Shown piece after piece: positions 47,006 through 55,638 of a stretch of 64,000 nt of DNA. Below the pieces are notes generated by a model. That model made no database searches and was not told the origin of the DNA. It saw nothing but the letters and a program-made list of their open reading frames with translations. How positions within the stretch are numbered: the first letter of the stretch is position 1; each line of letters opens with the position of its first letter. This DNA is from Cryomorphaceae bacterium. Lineage in GTDB: Bacteria; Bacteroidota; Bacteroidia; Flavobacteriales; Schleiferiaceae. Position numbers and translations under genes: made by a program. Where the stretch lies: contig JAXITR010000002.1 in NCBI GenBank assembly GCA_034679985.1, forward strand, positions 18,532 through 82,531, written 5' to 3'.

Positions 47006-47377
47006 TTATTCAGCAGCGGCCTCAGCGGCTTCTGCTTTTTTCGTTGTTTTCTTTTTAGGAGCGCTTCCGGCACCAATGCCCGTGATGAGCAATTGGGTCA
47101 AGTACTGGCGGTGACCGTTTTTCTTGGTGTAGCCTTTGCGGCGCTTCTTTTTGAAGACGATTACTTTATCGCCTTTCAGGTGCTGCAGAACTTGTGCTTC
47201 TACGGCAACACCTTCGATAACTGGGGCGCCAACGGTTACGGTACCGTTATCGTCGGTCAAAAGAACCTTATCAAAAGATACGGTTGCTCCTTCTTCCGAC
47301 GCCAAACGGTTGACGTACACGCGCTGATCTTTTTGCACTTTGTACTGCAGCCCTGCTATGTCAACAATTGCGTACAT
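47006..47377 (-). CDS. rplU: 50S ribosomal protein L21 (with a Lys/Ala-rich C-terminal tail)
   Basis: Track ORF 47006..47413 trimmed to ATG 47377 (MYAIVDIAGLQYKVQKDQ). The body is canonical bL21. About 20 extra C-terminal residues (GSAPKKKTTKKAEAAEAAAE). Confidence 0.95.
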   Translation of the reverse strand: MYAIVDIAGLQYKVQKDQRVYVNRLASEEGATVSFDKVLLTDDNGTVTVGAPVIEGVAVEAQVLQHLKGDKVIVFKKKRRKGYTKKNGHRQYLTQLLITGIGAGSAPKKKTTKKAEAAEAAAE

Positions 47378-47402
47378 GATTCTTGGGTTTCTTATAGGGC
47401 TG

Positions 47403-47410
47403 CAAATGTA
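47403..47410 (-). promoter_or_regulatory. -7 promoter box TACATTTG (minus strand), 25 nt upstream of the rplU ATG
   Basis: Exact TAnnTTTG match. Confidence 0.55.
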
Positions 47411-47667
47411 CAAAAAGAATTTGAATCAAATACCGCTGCACCCGAATATCGATAGGAATCTACTTTGCCCTGTAGATGTGCTCGCCCCAATTGGGTGCTT
47501 ATGCACAGCGGCAGGGTTGCGAATTTCGCGCTAAACCGGGTCGATCCCAAACAAAAAGGACTCAAGAACATTCTCCCGGTTGGAAAAATCATTAAATTCG
47601 TGGCCCCTCGTAAGAAAAGCGCACGCGCAGCATCCCATGAGGTAAACGTATTAGAAACCCAAATTCC

Positions 47668-48996
47668 ATGAAAAAATCATTGCTGTTTGGCGCACTCCTG
47701 GCTGCCTTGCCTCTGGCACAGGCCCAAAAGACGCAAATTGCCTTTGAGGAATACGACCTGCCCAACGGCATGCACGTGATCCTCCACCAAGACCCCACCA
47801 CCCCCATCGTGGCGGTTTCGGTCCTGTACCACGTCGGTTCCAAAAACGAGGTCCCCGGACGCACCGGTTTTGCTCACTTTTTTGAGCATCTGTTGTTCGA
47901 AGGAACCGAAAACATTGAGCGCGGCGAGTACATGAAGCTCATTCAGGCCAACGGCGGCGCCCTCAACGCCAACACCAGCCAAGACCGCACGTACTATTAC
48001 GAGATCCTGCCGTCCAATCAATTGGAATTGGGCCTTTGGATGGAAGCGGAGCGCATGTTGCATGCCAAAATTGATCTCGACGGTGTGGAGACGCAACGCC
48101 AAGTGGTTAAAGAAGAAAAGCGTCTGCGCGTAGACAACCAACCTTACGGTTCGTTCACTACGGAAATGTTCAAGCGTGCCTTCACCAAGCACCCGTACAA
48201 CTGGGTTCCCATCGGATCCATGGAGGATCTGAACGCGGCACAGCTGAGCGAATTCATTGATTTCTACAAGCGTTTTTACGTACCCAACAACGCTACTTTG
48301 AGCATCGCGGGTGATTTTGACCCCGCTCAGGCGAAGGCATGGATTGCCAAGTACTTCACGGACATCCCGAGCGGTGCCCAAGTGGTACAGCCCAACGTGC
48401 AAGATCCGCTGGCTGCAGCCGTGGTGGATACGGTGTACGACAACATCCAGATTCCTGCTGTTTTTGCCGGCTACCGCATGCCGGGCGAAACGCACCCGGA
48501 CGCCTACGCCATGCAAATGCTGACGTCTGTTTTGTCCAGCGGCAAGTCTTCCCGCCTCACCAAGCGCATGGTGGACGAAGACCGCAGTGCACTTCAGGTT
48601 CAAGCGTTTCCTTTTGCCTTGGAGCAAAATGGGGTATTCATCGCCTTGGCCTTGGCCAACGGTGAGAACACCACCGGCGCGCTGCTGACCACCATCGAGG
48701 AAGAAATTGCAAAGCTTCAAAAAGACCTCATCAGCGAGACGGAGTTTGCAAAAGTGCTCAACAAAATTGAAGCCGATTTTGTGACCAGCAACGGTTCCGT
48801 AGCCGGCATTGCAGAAAGTTTGGCCAACTACCACGTTTACTACGGGGATGCCAACCTGATCAATACCGAAATCGAGCGTTACCGCAAAGTAACCCCGGAA
48901 GACATCCGCCGCGTGGCGCAAACCTACCTCGTTTCTTCTAACCGCGTGGTGCTGCATTACTTGCCCAAGCCCACTGCACAATCTGTAGTTGAATAA
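47668..48996 (+). CDS. Secreted M16-family zinc peptidase (catalytic subunit type)
   Basis: Signal peptide MKKSLLFGALLAALPLAQAQ. HxxEH motif in GFAHFFEHLLFEGT. Confidence 0.85.
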   Translation: MKKSLLFGALLAALPLAQAQKTQIAFEEYDLPNGMHVILHQDPTTPIVAVSVLYHVGSKNEVPGRTGFAHFFEHLLFEGTENIERGEYMKLIQANGGALNANTSQDRTYYYEILPSNQLELGLWMEAERMLHAKIDLDGVETQRQVVKEEKRLRVDNQPYGSFTTEMFKRAFTKHPYNWVPIGSMEDLNAAQLSEFIDFYKRFYVPNNATLSIAGDFDPAQAKAWIAKYFTDIPSGAQVVQPNVQDPLAAAVVDTVYDNIQIPAVFAGYRMPGETHPDAYAMQMLTSVLSSGKSSRLTKRMVDEDRSALQVQAFPFALEQNGVFIALALANGENTTGALLTTIEEEIAKLQKDLISETEFAKVLNKIEADFVTSNGSVAGIAESLANYHVYYGDANLINTEIERYRKVTPEDIRRVAQTYLVSSNRVVLHYLPKPTAQSVVE

Positions 48997-48997
48997 G

Positions 48998-51064
48998 ATG
49001 AAAAAAGCACTTTTCCTTTTGGGTCTGGCCTTGTCGGCTTGGACCCTCGGTGCCCAGCCTTTGGACCGCGGCGTTCGCCCACAACCGGCAGCGCCCCGCA
49101 CGCCGTCCATTGCAGCGTACGAGAAAATGACGTTGAAGAACGGATTGACGGTGGTGGTGGTGGAGAACCACAAATTGCCGCGGATGTCCGTGAGCCTCTC
49201 CTTGGACATGAACGGTGTTCGCGAAGGAGACAAGGCCGGATACGTGGAGTTGATGGGGCAAATGCTGTCTGAAGGCACCACCACCCGCACGAAAACCCAA
49301 TTGGACGAACAAGTGGATTTCATCGGCGCTCGTTTGAGCACCAGTGCCTTCAATGTTTCGGTGTCCGGATTGAGCAAGTACAGCGCGAACTTGTACGAAT
49401 TGGTTGCCGACGTCGCCCTGCATCCCTCTTTCCCGGAGGCTGCATTCGACAAGCTGAAAAAGCGGACCCTTTCCGGTTTGAAGGCAGACAAGGACGACCC
49501 CAGCGCCATTCAGGCACGTGTTTCCAATGCTTTGTTGTACGGCACCAACACGCCCCAGGGAGAGATGATGACCGAATCGACGGTCAACAAAGTCGCCTTG
49601 GACGATTGCAAAAGCTTCTACAGCCAAGTATGGGTGCCCAACCACGCCATTCTCTTGGTGGTGGGCGATTGCAAGGCCAAGGACGTGTTCAAAGCCGCCA
49701 AAAAAACCTTTGAAAAGTCTTGGCCCGCCGGAACCGTTCCTGCAAAACCCACCTACGAACACCCCGTGCAAACCAAGTCGTTCATCGCCTTGGTAAACCG
49801 CGAAGCATCGGTACAGTCCAACATTCAGTTGGCCAACTTGATTGATTTAAAGCCTGGTGATGCTGATTTGGAGGCAGTACGCGTGATGAACAACATCTTG
49901 GGCGGCGGTTCCGACGGTCGTTTGTTCCAAAATTTGCGCGAAGACAAGGCCTACACCTACGGCGCGTACTCTTCTTTTGGAACCGGTAAGGAAAAGCAAA
50001 TCTTTGAGGCCTCTGGTGAAGTTCGCAACGCCGTTACGGACTCTTCCGTGGAGCAGTTCTTGTTGGAATTGAACCGCATCCGCACCGAGTTGGTCAGCGA
50101 AACAGATCTGCGCAATGCCAAGCAAGCGTTGGCCGGCAGCTTTGGTCGTTCCTTGGAAGGCCCGGGCGCAGTGGCCTCGTTTGCCATCAACACCTTGAAG
50201 TACAACCTTTCCGCAGATTACTACAACCAATACCTGAATCGCTTGCAAGCGGTTACCGCGGAGGACGTGCGCCGCGCAGCCCAGAAGTATATTCAGCCAA
50301 ATAAAATGGTGGTGTCCATCGTGGGCAAGGCGTCGGAAGTTGCTGCTGGCCTGGAGCGCTTGGGCGAAGTGCGTTATTTCGACGACCTCGCACAACCCGC
50401 AGAACGTCCCAACATCCCCATTCCCGAGGGCGTTACGGCAGCCTCCGTGGTCAATCAGTACCTAGCAGCCATTGGCGGTCAAAAAGCCATTGCGAGCGTC
50501 AAAGACCTGACCCTGGAAATGGTGGCTGAAATTCAAGGCGTCAAGATCGAAACCAAAGACGTATACAAGCTGCCAAACATGCACTACGAAGGCCAATTCT
50601 CGCCGATGGGCAAGGAGGAAACCTTCTTCGACGGCAAGAAAGGACGCATTGTACGCAACGGTGCCAAGCAACCTGTTACGGACGAGGACCTGGATGCCAT
50701 GCGTAAGGACGCTAATTACTTTGAGGAGTTGAAGTGGTTAACCGCAGCGGTGCCCCTACAACTGGCGCCCACCTTCTCTTCCATGAGCGGAGAATCGTGC
50801 TACGCTCTTACCGTAACCCAAGGCACCCAAGTGCAGACGCATTACTTCTCCGTGAAGAGCGGTTTGCGTGTTGCTACTTCTACACCCGTTGGCGAAGGGG
50901 AGAAGGCTACGGTACAGACCGTGAACTACGGTGATTACCGCGCTGTAGGTGGGGTATTGTTTCCGCATTCGGTTGTACTCCCTATTGGCCCCGGCATGAA
51001 CTTGGAGTTCAAAGCGGTCAACCTCACGGTCAACACCAACGTAGCGGATACGTTCTTCAAGTAA
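48998..51064 (+). CDS. Secreted M16-family peptidase-like protein lacking the HxxEH motif (likely non-catalytic partner)
   Basis: Track ORF 48989..51064 (TTG) trimmed to ATG 48998 (MKKALFLLGLALSAWTLGAQ), 1 nt after the upstream stop. The equivalent region reads GYVELMGQMLSEGT, with no HxxEH. Has an extra ~230-aa C-terminal extension. Confidence 0.8.
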   Translation: MKKALFLLGLALSAWTLGAQPLDRGVRPQPAAPRTPSIAAYEKMTLKNGLTVVVVENHKLPRMSVSLSLDMNGVREGDKAGYVELMGQMLSEGTTTRTKTQLDEQVDFIGARLSTSAFNVSVSGLSKYSANLYELVADVALHPSFPEAAFDKLKKRTLSGLKADKDDPSAIQARVSNALLYGTNTPQGEMMTESTVNKVALDDCKSFYSQVWVPNHAILLVVGDCKAKDVFKAAKKTFEKSWPAGTVPAKPTYEHPVQTKSFIALVNREASVQSNIQLANLIDLKPGDADLEAVRVMNNILGGGSDGRLFQNLREDKAYTYGAYSSFGTGKEKQIFEASGEVRNAVTDSSVEQFLLELNRIRTELVSETDLRNAKQALAGSFGRSLEGPGAVASFAINTLKYNLSADYYNQYLNRLQAVTAEDVRRAAQKYIQPNKMVVSIVGKASEVAAGLERLGEVRYFDDLAQPAERPNIPIPEGVTAASVVNQYLAAIGGQKAIASVKDLTLEMVAEIQGVKIETKDVYKLPNMHYEGQFSPMGKEETFFDGKKGRIVRNGAKQPVTDEDLDAMRKDANYFEELKWLTAAVPLQLAPTFSSMSGESCYALTVTQGTQVQTHYFSVKSGLRVATSTPVGEGEKATVQTVNYGDYRAVGGVLFPHSVVLPIGPGMNLEFKAVNLTVNTNVADTFFK

Positions 51065-51108
51065 GGATTGAATTGATCAGCGCATTTCAGCGCTGTGATT
51101 GCCCAACA

Positions 51109-51148
51109 AACAGGGCCGTCCCCACCGGGGACGGCCCTGTTTAATTTT
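51109..51148. terminator. Long hairpin between convergent genes (bidirectional terminator candidate)
   Basis: Perfect 15-bp stem AACAGGGCCGTCCCC / GGGGACGGCCCTGTT with a 3-nt loop, followed by TAATTTT on the plus strand. Confidence 0.7.
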
Positions 51149-51169
51149 GGCCCCAAGCACCCCCTGGCG

Positions 51170-52069
51170 CTATTCCTTGCTCTGCCTCGCCCGTGCATTT
51201 ACCAAATAGACCCCAAATAATATGGTGCCCAGTCCAACCGCGTGGTGCACGTGCAGTACTTCGCCCATGGACAATCCCCAAAGCAAGGCTACCCCGGGAA
51301 CCAGGTACGTGGTACTGGCAGCGAAAATTGGGCTGGTAATGGAAATTAAGTAGTTGAACGCCATGATGGCACCTGCGGTCCCCACAACGCCTAAAAAGGC
51401 AAGGTACCCCAAGACTTCCCCGGCCTCCGGATTCGTGGCCACTCGGTGAACAAAGTCACCACTCAGCAGCAAGCCCAGGGCAGGAATCCCGGCCACTACG
51501 AATGCCCACAGGGTCAAAGCCACCGGATGCGCATGAGGAAGTTTGAATCCAATAAAATTGATGGACAGACCGTAGCACATGGAACTTGCCGCCGCCAGCA
51601 AAACATAGGCCCAAGCACCGGGTTGCGCCTCCGCTGCGGTTGCCTGCCCACCCACCAGCAAGGCGGCACCCGCAAAGCCCACGGCGACCCCCAGGGCCTG
51701 TTTGCGTCGGAGTGTTTTTCCAAAAAACAGCAATCCAAAGAGCAATGTAAACAAAGGAGTCAAAGAATTGGTAATCCCCACCAGCCCCGACGGGATGTGC
51801 GATACGGCAATGGGGAACAATACATACGGCAAACCATTGCCCAAGAAGCCCACCACCAGGTAAGCAGCCCATTCTTTGCGCGGGGGCAGCACCCGAACGT
51901 ACTTCCAACCCACCACCAAGCAAAACAGCAGGGCATAAACGATGCGAATGGCTCCAACCTGGTGTGGCTCAAACACAGAGAGGCCCTTTTTCATCAACAA
52001 AAAAGAAGAGCCCCACAGGGCCACCAAAGCAACAAAGATTACCCAGGCACGAACGGAATTTTCTTTCAT
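51170..52069 (-). CDS. EamA/DMT-family transporter
   Basis: Track ORF 51170..52369 trimmed to ATG 52069 (MKENSVRAWVIFVALVALWGSSFLLMKKG). About 10 hydrophobic segments, two EamA-like halves. Confidence 0.8.
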   Translation of the reverse strand: MKENSVRAWVIFVALVALWGSSFLLMKKGLSVFEPHQVGAIRIVYALLFCLVVGWKYVRVLPPRKEWAAYLVVGFLGNGLPYVLFPIAVSHIPSGLVGITNSLTPLFTLLFGLLFFGKTLRRKQALGVAVGFAGAALLVGGQATAAEAQPGAWAYVLLAAASSMCYGLSINFIGFKLPHAHPVALTLWAFVVAGIPALGLLLSGDFVHRVATNPEAGEVLGYLAFLGVVGTAGAIMAFNYLISITSPIFAASTTYLVPGVALLWGLSMGEVLHVHHAVGLGTILFGVYLVNARARQSKE

Positions 52070-52076
52070 CGGACCG

Positions 52077-52084
52077 CAAAGGTA
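52077..52084 (-). promoter_or_regulatory. -7 promoter box TACCTTTG (minus strand), 7 nt upstream of the EamA-family gene ATG
   Basis: Exact match. One arm of the inverted repeat CAAAGGTA-ctc-TACCTTTG. Confidence 0.55.
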
Positions 52085-52087
52085 CTC

Positions 52088-52095
52088 TACCTTTG
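52088..52095 (+). promoter_or_regulatory. -7 promoter box TACCTTTG, 4 nt upstream of the ctaA GTG
   Basis: Exact match. The other arm of the inverted repeat. Confidence 0.55.
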
Positions 52096-52099
52096 CCTC

Positions 52100-53188
52100 G
52101 TGGCCTCTGAACCTACCCCTCGCTGGACCTTTATTCTGCGGAGCTTCCTCCGACTGTCCTTGGCATTGACGCTCCTGGTTATTCTTGCCGGCAGCGTAGT
52201 TCGGATGACCGGATCTGGCATGGGTTGCCCAGACTGGCCCCGGTGTTTTGGCCAAACCATACCGCCCACCCGAATGGACCAGGTGCTCTGGAACCCATTG
52301 CAGATGTATTCGGAAGGGCAGATGGTCCTCCACCAAGACACCCTCTGGACGGCGAACAGCGCTACCCAACCGCAGCCCCTATTCAACCGCGCCCAGTGGT
52401 CCGCGTACACCAAGCACAACTACGCCACCTTTGTGCCCGCACACACCTGGATCGAGTTCATCAACAGGCTCCTGGGTGCAGCACTCGGGATCCCGGTATT
52501 TTTGGCTTTTGTATGGTCGATTTCCCGTTTTCGAGCGCACCGGAAGTGGGTTGCAGCTTTGGGCCTAGGACTGGTTCTGCTGCTTTTTGAAGCTTGGCTG
52601 GGTAAGGTAGTGGTGGACGGCAACCTGGTTCCGCACCACATTACCTACCATTTGTTGGGCGCCTTTGGTTTGCTGGCCGTTTTTACGGCCGTGCACCGAA
52701 GCGTTTCCACGGAGGCGGAAGCCCATTCGTGGTTCTTTGAAGAACAGTCGCGCAGCGAGCAAACCGAGTCTGCGGGCAAATGGCTGGCGCTATTTGCCGT
52801 ACTTCTGCTGGTGCAGATTGGCACCGGAGCACTGGTTCGCGAGTCCGTGGACGGATTGCGAGCGGCCACAGGTACGGCGTTGTCCAGCCAATTGACTTCG
52901 TTGGTGTACGTTCACCGGACCTATTCCATACTCCTGGTAGGTTTGACGTTCTACATGTTGCGCAAAACCGACGGTTTAGCCGGTATTCGTGCCCGTGTTG
53001 GTCTGATGACGGGATTGGCCTTGGCGGAAACCGCCTTGGGCGCGGTCCTGTACTACTTCAATATTCCGCAGAGTCTGCAGCCGTTGCATTTACTATTCTC
53101 GGCTTTTCTCTTCGTCTTGGTGGTGGACGCCGCGGTACTGGCATTTCTGCAAGTGCGTTCGCACAAGCGCCTATCTGCTGGTGCATGA
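52100..53188 (+). CDS. ctaA: Heme A synthase (COX15/CtaA family)
   Basis: Track ORF 51446..53188 trimmed to GTG 52100, the first start after the divergent gene. Motif VVRMTGSGMGCPDWPRCFG; multiple TM segments with conserved His (VPHHITYHLLG). Confidence 0.8.
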   Translation: MASEPTPRWTFILRSFLRLSLALTLLVILAGSVVRMTGSGMGCPDWPRCFGQTIPPTRMDQVLWNPLQMYSEGQMVLHQDTLWTANSATQPQPLFNRAQWSAYTKHNYATFVPAHTWIEFINRLLGAALGIPVFLAFVWSISRFRAHRKWVAALGLGLVLLLFEAWLGKVVVDGNLVPHHITYHLLGAFGLLAVFTAVHRSVSTEAEAHSWFFEEQSRSEQTESAGKWLALFAVLLLVQIGTGALVRESVDGLRAATGTALSSQLTSLVYVHRTYSILLVGLTFYMLRKTDGLAGIRARVGLMTGLALAETALGAVLYYFNIPQSLQPLHLLFSAFLFVLVVDAAVLAFLQVRSHKRLSAGA

Positions 53189-53287
53189 GGAACGATTCCG
53201 AACAACTTCTGCACAAAGAGCGATTCCGCTCAACTACTCTTTGAGGAGCGGAATTCCACCCAGGATCACCGCCCTCACTTCATTCCT

Positions 53288-53896
53288 TCATTTCCCAACC
53301 TTCCAGCGTGCCGTCTCCATCAAACGGATGACTTCCGCTTGCAGGAAAGCGTTTACGGGTGCTAGGGAATCTGCATTGGGCTTGGCCAGCACGTAAACGG
53401 ACCCGCGAAGGAAATGGTTGGTGCTGTCCGTGATGAAAAATTGACACGGGGTAGCCGTATTGCCCTGGAATTGGTACAAAATTCCGTGTACCCGGCGCTC
53501 GGGGTCCGAATAAAGTTTCTCCTTGATTCCTTGGGCCACAACATCGTGTTTGAAGGCCAACTGATGCGCGTCGTCCAGCAACTTGGGCAATTGATCGCCG
53601 ACGGCAACGTAACTCAACTGAATTTCAGCACCTAATTGGGGAAACGACACGGTTCCCCAGCCTTTGTCGGCATTCACCGTTTTCCACACGGCTGATTTGT
53701 TGGTGCGGAAATCTACCCGAAATCCGTCGTGCGCTTCAAAGGCAACGGAGGCAGTGTCCGGGAGTGCGATTTCAAAATATCCTTTGGGCTTGGGCAATTC
53801 GGCGGCAGACGGCCGTACCGACGACCACCAAAAGAACAATCCCCCGGCAGCTAATGCGCCCACCGTAAGCACCAAACGCGCCTTCCTATTCAACAT
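53288..53896 (-). CDS. gldD: Gliding-motility protein GldD homolog (no lipobox cysteine)
   Basis: 202 aa. Motifs: LPKPKGYFEIALPD, QLSYVAV, HGILYQFQGNTATPCQFFITDSTNHFLRGSVYVLAKPNADSLAP, MRLMETARW. This matches my recollection of GldD, and the gene sits directly after gldE as in Flavobacterium. The N-terminus is a TM anchor without Cys. Confidence 0.75.
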   Translation of the reverse strand: MLNRKARLVLTVGALAAGGLFFWWSSVRPSAAELPKPKGYFEIALPDTASVAFEAHDGFRVDFRTNKSAVWKTVNADKGWGTVSFPQLGAEIQLSYVAVGDQLPKLLDDAHQLAFKHDVVAQGIKEKLYSDPERRVHGILYQFQGNTATPCQFFITDSTNHFLRGSVYVLAKPNADSLAPVNAFLQAEVIRLMETARWKVGK

Positions 53897-55172
53897 CTCG
53901 GTCCAATTCTACTTTAACGCGCACAATCCGTCGTTTGTCCACGGCCTCCACGGTTAGGATGAGCCCGCCCACTTGCGCTTGATACCCTTTTGTGGGCAGG
54001 TGGCCGGTGGCATTCTGCAGCAGCAAACCGGCTAAAGATTCTGCTTCACCCCGCCAATCGTCCAATCGGTCCGACGGCAGTCCCAATACGCGAACCACGT
54101 CATTCAGAGGTGTTCTACCTTCAAAAACAACGGTGCGCTCGTCCAAACGCGAGTAGGGAAATTCCTCCTCGTCGAATTCATCTTCAATTTCGCCGATGAT
54201 TTCTTCCATCACGTCCTCCAGGGTAACCAAACCAGACGTTCCTCCGTACTCGTCCACCACCAAGGCCATGTGCATTTTCTTGGTCTGAAATTCGCGCAAC
54301 AAATCGTCGATTTTCATGCCCTCCGGAACAAAAAGAATCTTGCGCACCAAGCTCCGCCAAGCAAAATCGGTTTCAGCACCCAAATAGGGCAGCAGATCTT
54401 TGGTGTGCAGGATGCCCACTATTTCGTCCAGTGACTTGCCTTGCACGGGAAAACGCGAATAACCATGATCCACAACGGCCTGCAGGACTTCCGAAAAGGT
54501 CCATTCTGAGCGAACCACCACCATGTTGCCGCGCTGGGCCATGATCTGATTGGCAGACACCCCTCCGAAGCGAACAATGCCCCGGAGCCATTGGTTTTCC
54601 TGTGTTTGTTCTTTTCCAGATGTCGTAATATCCAAGGCGTTTTCGAGGTCGTCCACGGAAAGCGTTCCGTTTTTCTTAGCTTCTCCAAACCACTGTCCGG
54701 TAGCCATCAGCGGAGAGGTTAGCGGCGTGAGAGCCGAGAAAAGAGCACTTAAAGGAGCCACCATGCGCCGGGCGGTAGCCAAAGGATGGGCGGATCCTAC
54801 GCTCTTGGGCAAAATCTCCCCGAACGTTAAAATCAAGGCCGTTACTCCAACAATCTCCAAGAGGCCGACGGTCCACGCGTCCAGGTGGGGTGCAGCAAAA
54901 CTCTGGAGCAGCCAGGTAGACAAAAGGGCCAAGGCCAAATTGAACGAATTATTGAGCACCAAAAGGGTTGCCAATAACTTTTCCGGGTGATTCAACAAAA
55001 CATGAATTCGTTGATCGTCAGCGCGCACACTTTCGCGTACATCGTTGCGCATACGGGGATCCAACGAAAAGAAGGCAACCTCACTTGCTGAGGCGAACGC
55101 AGAGCCAATTAAGAGTATGCCGAGCGCGATTAGGCCAACGAGCAGCGGGAGCGGGGAAGGGTCAGGGTCCAA
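53886..55172 (-). CDS. gldE: Gliding-motility protein GldE (CNNM/DUF21 - CBS pair - CorC_HlyC)
   Basis: 428 aa with a TTG start; an in-frame stop lies 5 codons upstream. Characteristic MDPDP N-terminus, 4 TM DUF21, CBS region, C-terminal CorC_HlyC-like LILTVEAVDKRRIVRVKV. Confidence 0.8.
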   Translation of the reverse strand: MDPDPSPLPLLVGLIALGILLIGSAFASASEVAFFSLDPRMRNDVRESVRADDQRIHVLLNHPEKLLATLLVLNNSFNLALALLSTWLLQSFAAPHLDAWTVGLLEIVGVTALILTFGEILPKSVGSAHPLATARRMVAPLSALFSALTPLTSPLMATGQWFGEAKKNGTLSVDDLENALDITTSGKEQTQENQWLRGIVRFGGVSANQIMAQRGNMVVVRSEWTFSEVLQAVVDHGYSRFPVQGKSLDEIVGILHTKDLLPYLGAETDFAWRSLVRKILFVPEGMKIDDLLREFQTKKMHMALVVDEYGGTSGLVTLEDVMEEIIGEIEDEFDEEEFPYSRLDERTVVFEGRTPLNDVVRVLGLPSDRLDDWRGEAESLAGLLLQNATGHLPTKGYQAQVGGLILTVEAVDKRRIVRVKVELDRDVE

Positions 55173-55199
55173 GGAGGGGGTATTGGTTCACACAAGGGA

Positions 55200-55607
55200 T
55201 CAGCCCAAATCATCGGTAGGGTCGTCGTGCTGTCCGTACGGACGGTCTTGACGATCCTGCTGGCGCATGGGGTTGTGGCCGAGCATGGTCATGCTGTCCG
55301 CTGCAATTTCAACAGAATATCGTGTTTGGCCGGAATCATCGGTCCACTGGCGCGAACGAATCTTCCCTTCAATAAATACCTTGTCACCTTTGTGCAAATG
55401 ACGTTCGCAAACTTCGCCCAGACGCGGACTGCGCACCACAATCGTGTGCCATTCCGTAGACTCTTTACGCTCTCCCTCGCGGTTGGTGTACGACTCGGTC
55501 GTTGCCAAAGGAAAGCGAACGAGCATGCCGCCGTTTTCAAAATTTCGAACCTCAGGGTCCTTGCCCAAATTCCCAATGAGCATGACTTTATTTAGGGTAC
55601 CGGCCAT
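55200..55607 (-). CDS. ssb: Single-stranded DNA-binding protein
   Basis: LNKVMLIGNLGKDPEVR OB-fold start and an acidic C-terminal tip DDPTDDLG. Confidence 0.95.
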   Translation of the reverse strand: MAGTLNKVMLIGNLGKDPEVRNFENGGMLVRFPLATTESYTNREGERKESTEWHTIVVRSPRLGEVCERHLHKGDKVFIEGKIRSRQWTDDSGQTRYSVEIAADSMTMLGHNPMRQQDRQDRPYGQHDDPTDDLG

Positions 55608-55638
55608 TGTATTAGAATAGCAAATGAGTTGTGTTTAT

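Noticed and set aside
47677-49509. 610-aa ORF on the minus strand spanning one and a half M16 peptidase genes
   Set aside because: It is antisense to two strongly recognisable, signal-peptide-bearing peptidase genes. Its translation is R/G/V/H/Q-rich with no motif. Long antisense ORFs are expected in GC-rich coding DNA.
53189-53287. Hairpin ATTCCGCTC-N14-GAGCGGAAT between ctaA and gldD
   Set aside because: It has a 9-bp stem with a large loop and no T-run on either strand, so it is too weak to call a terminator or RNA element.
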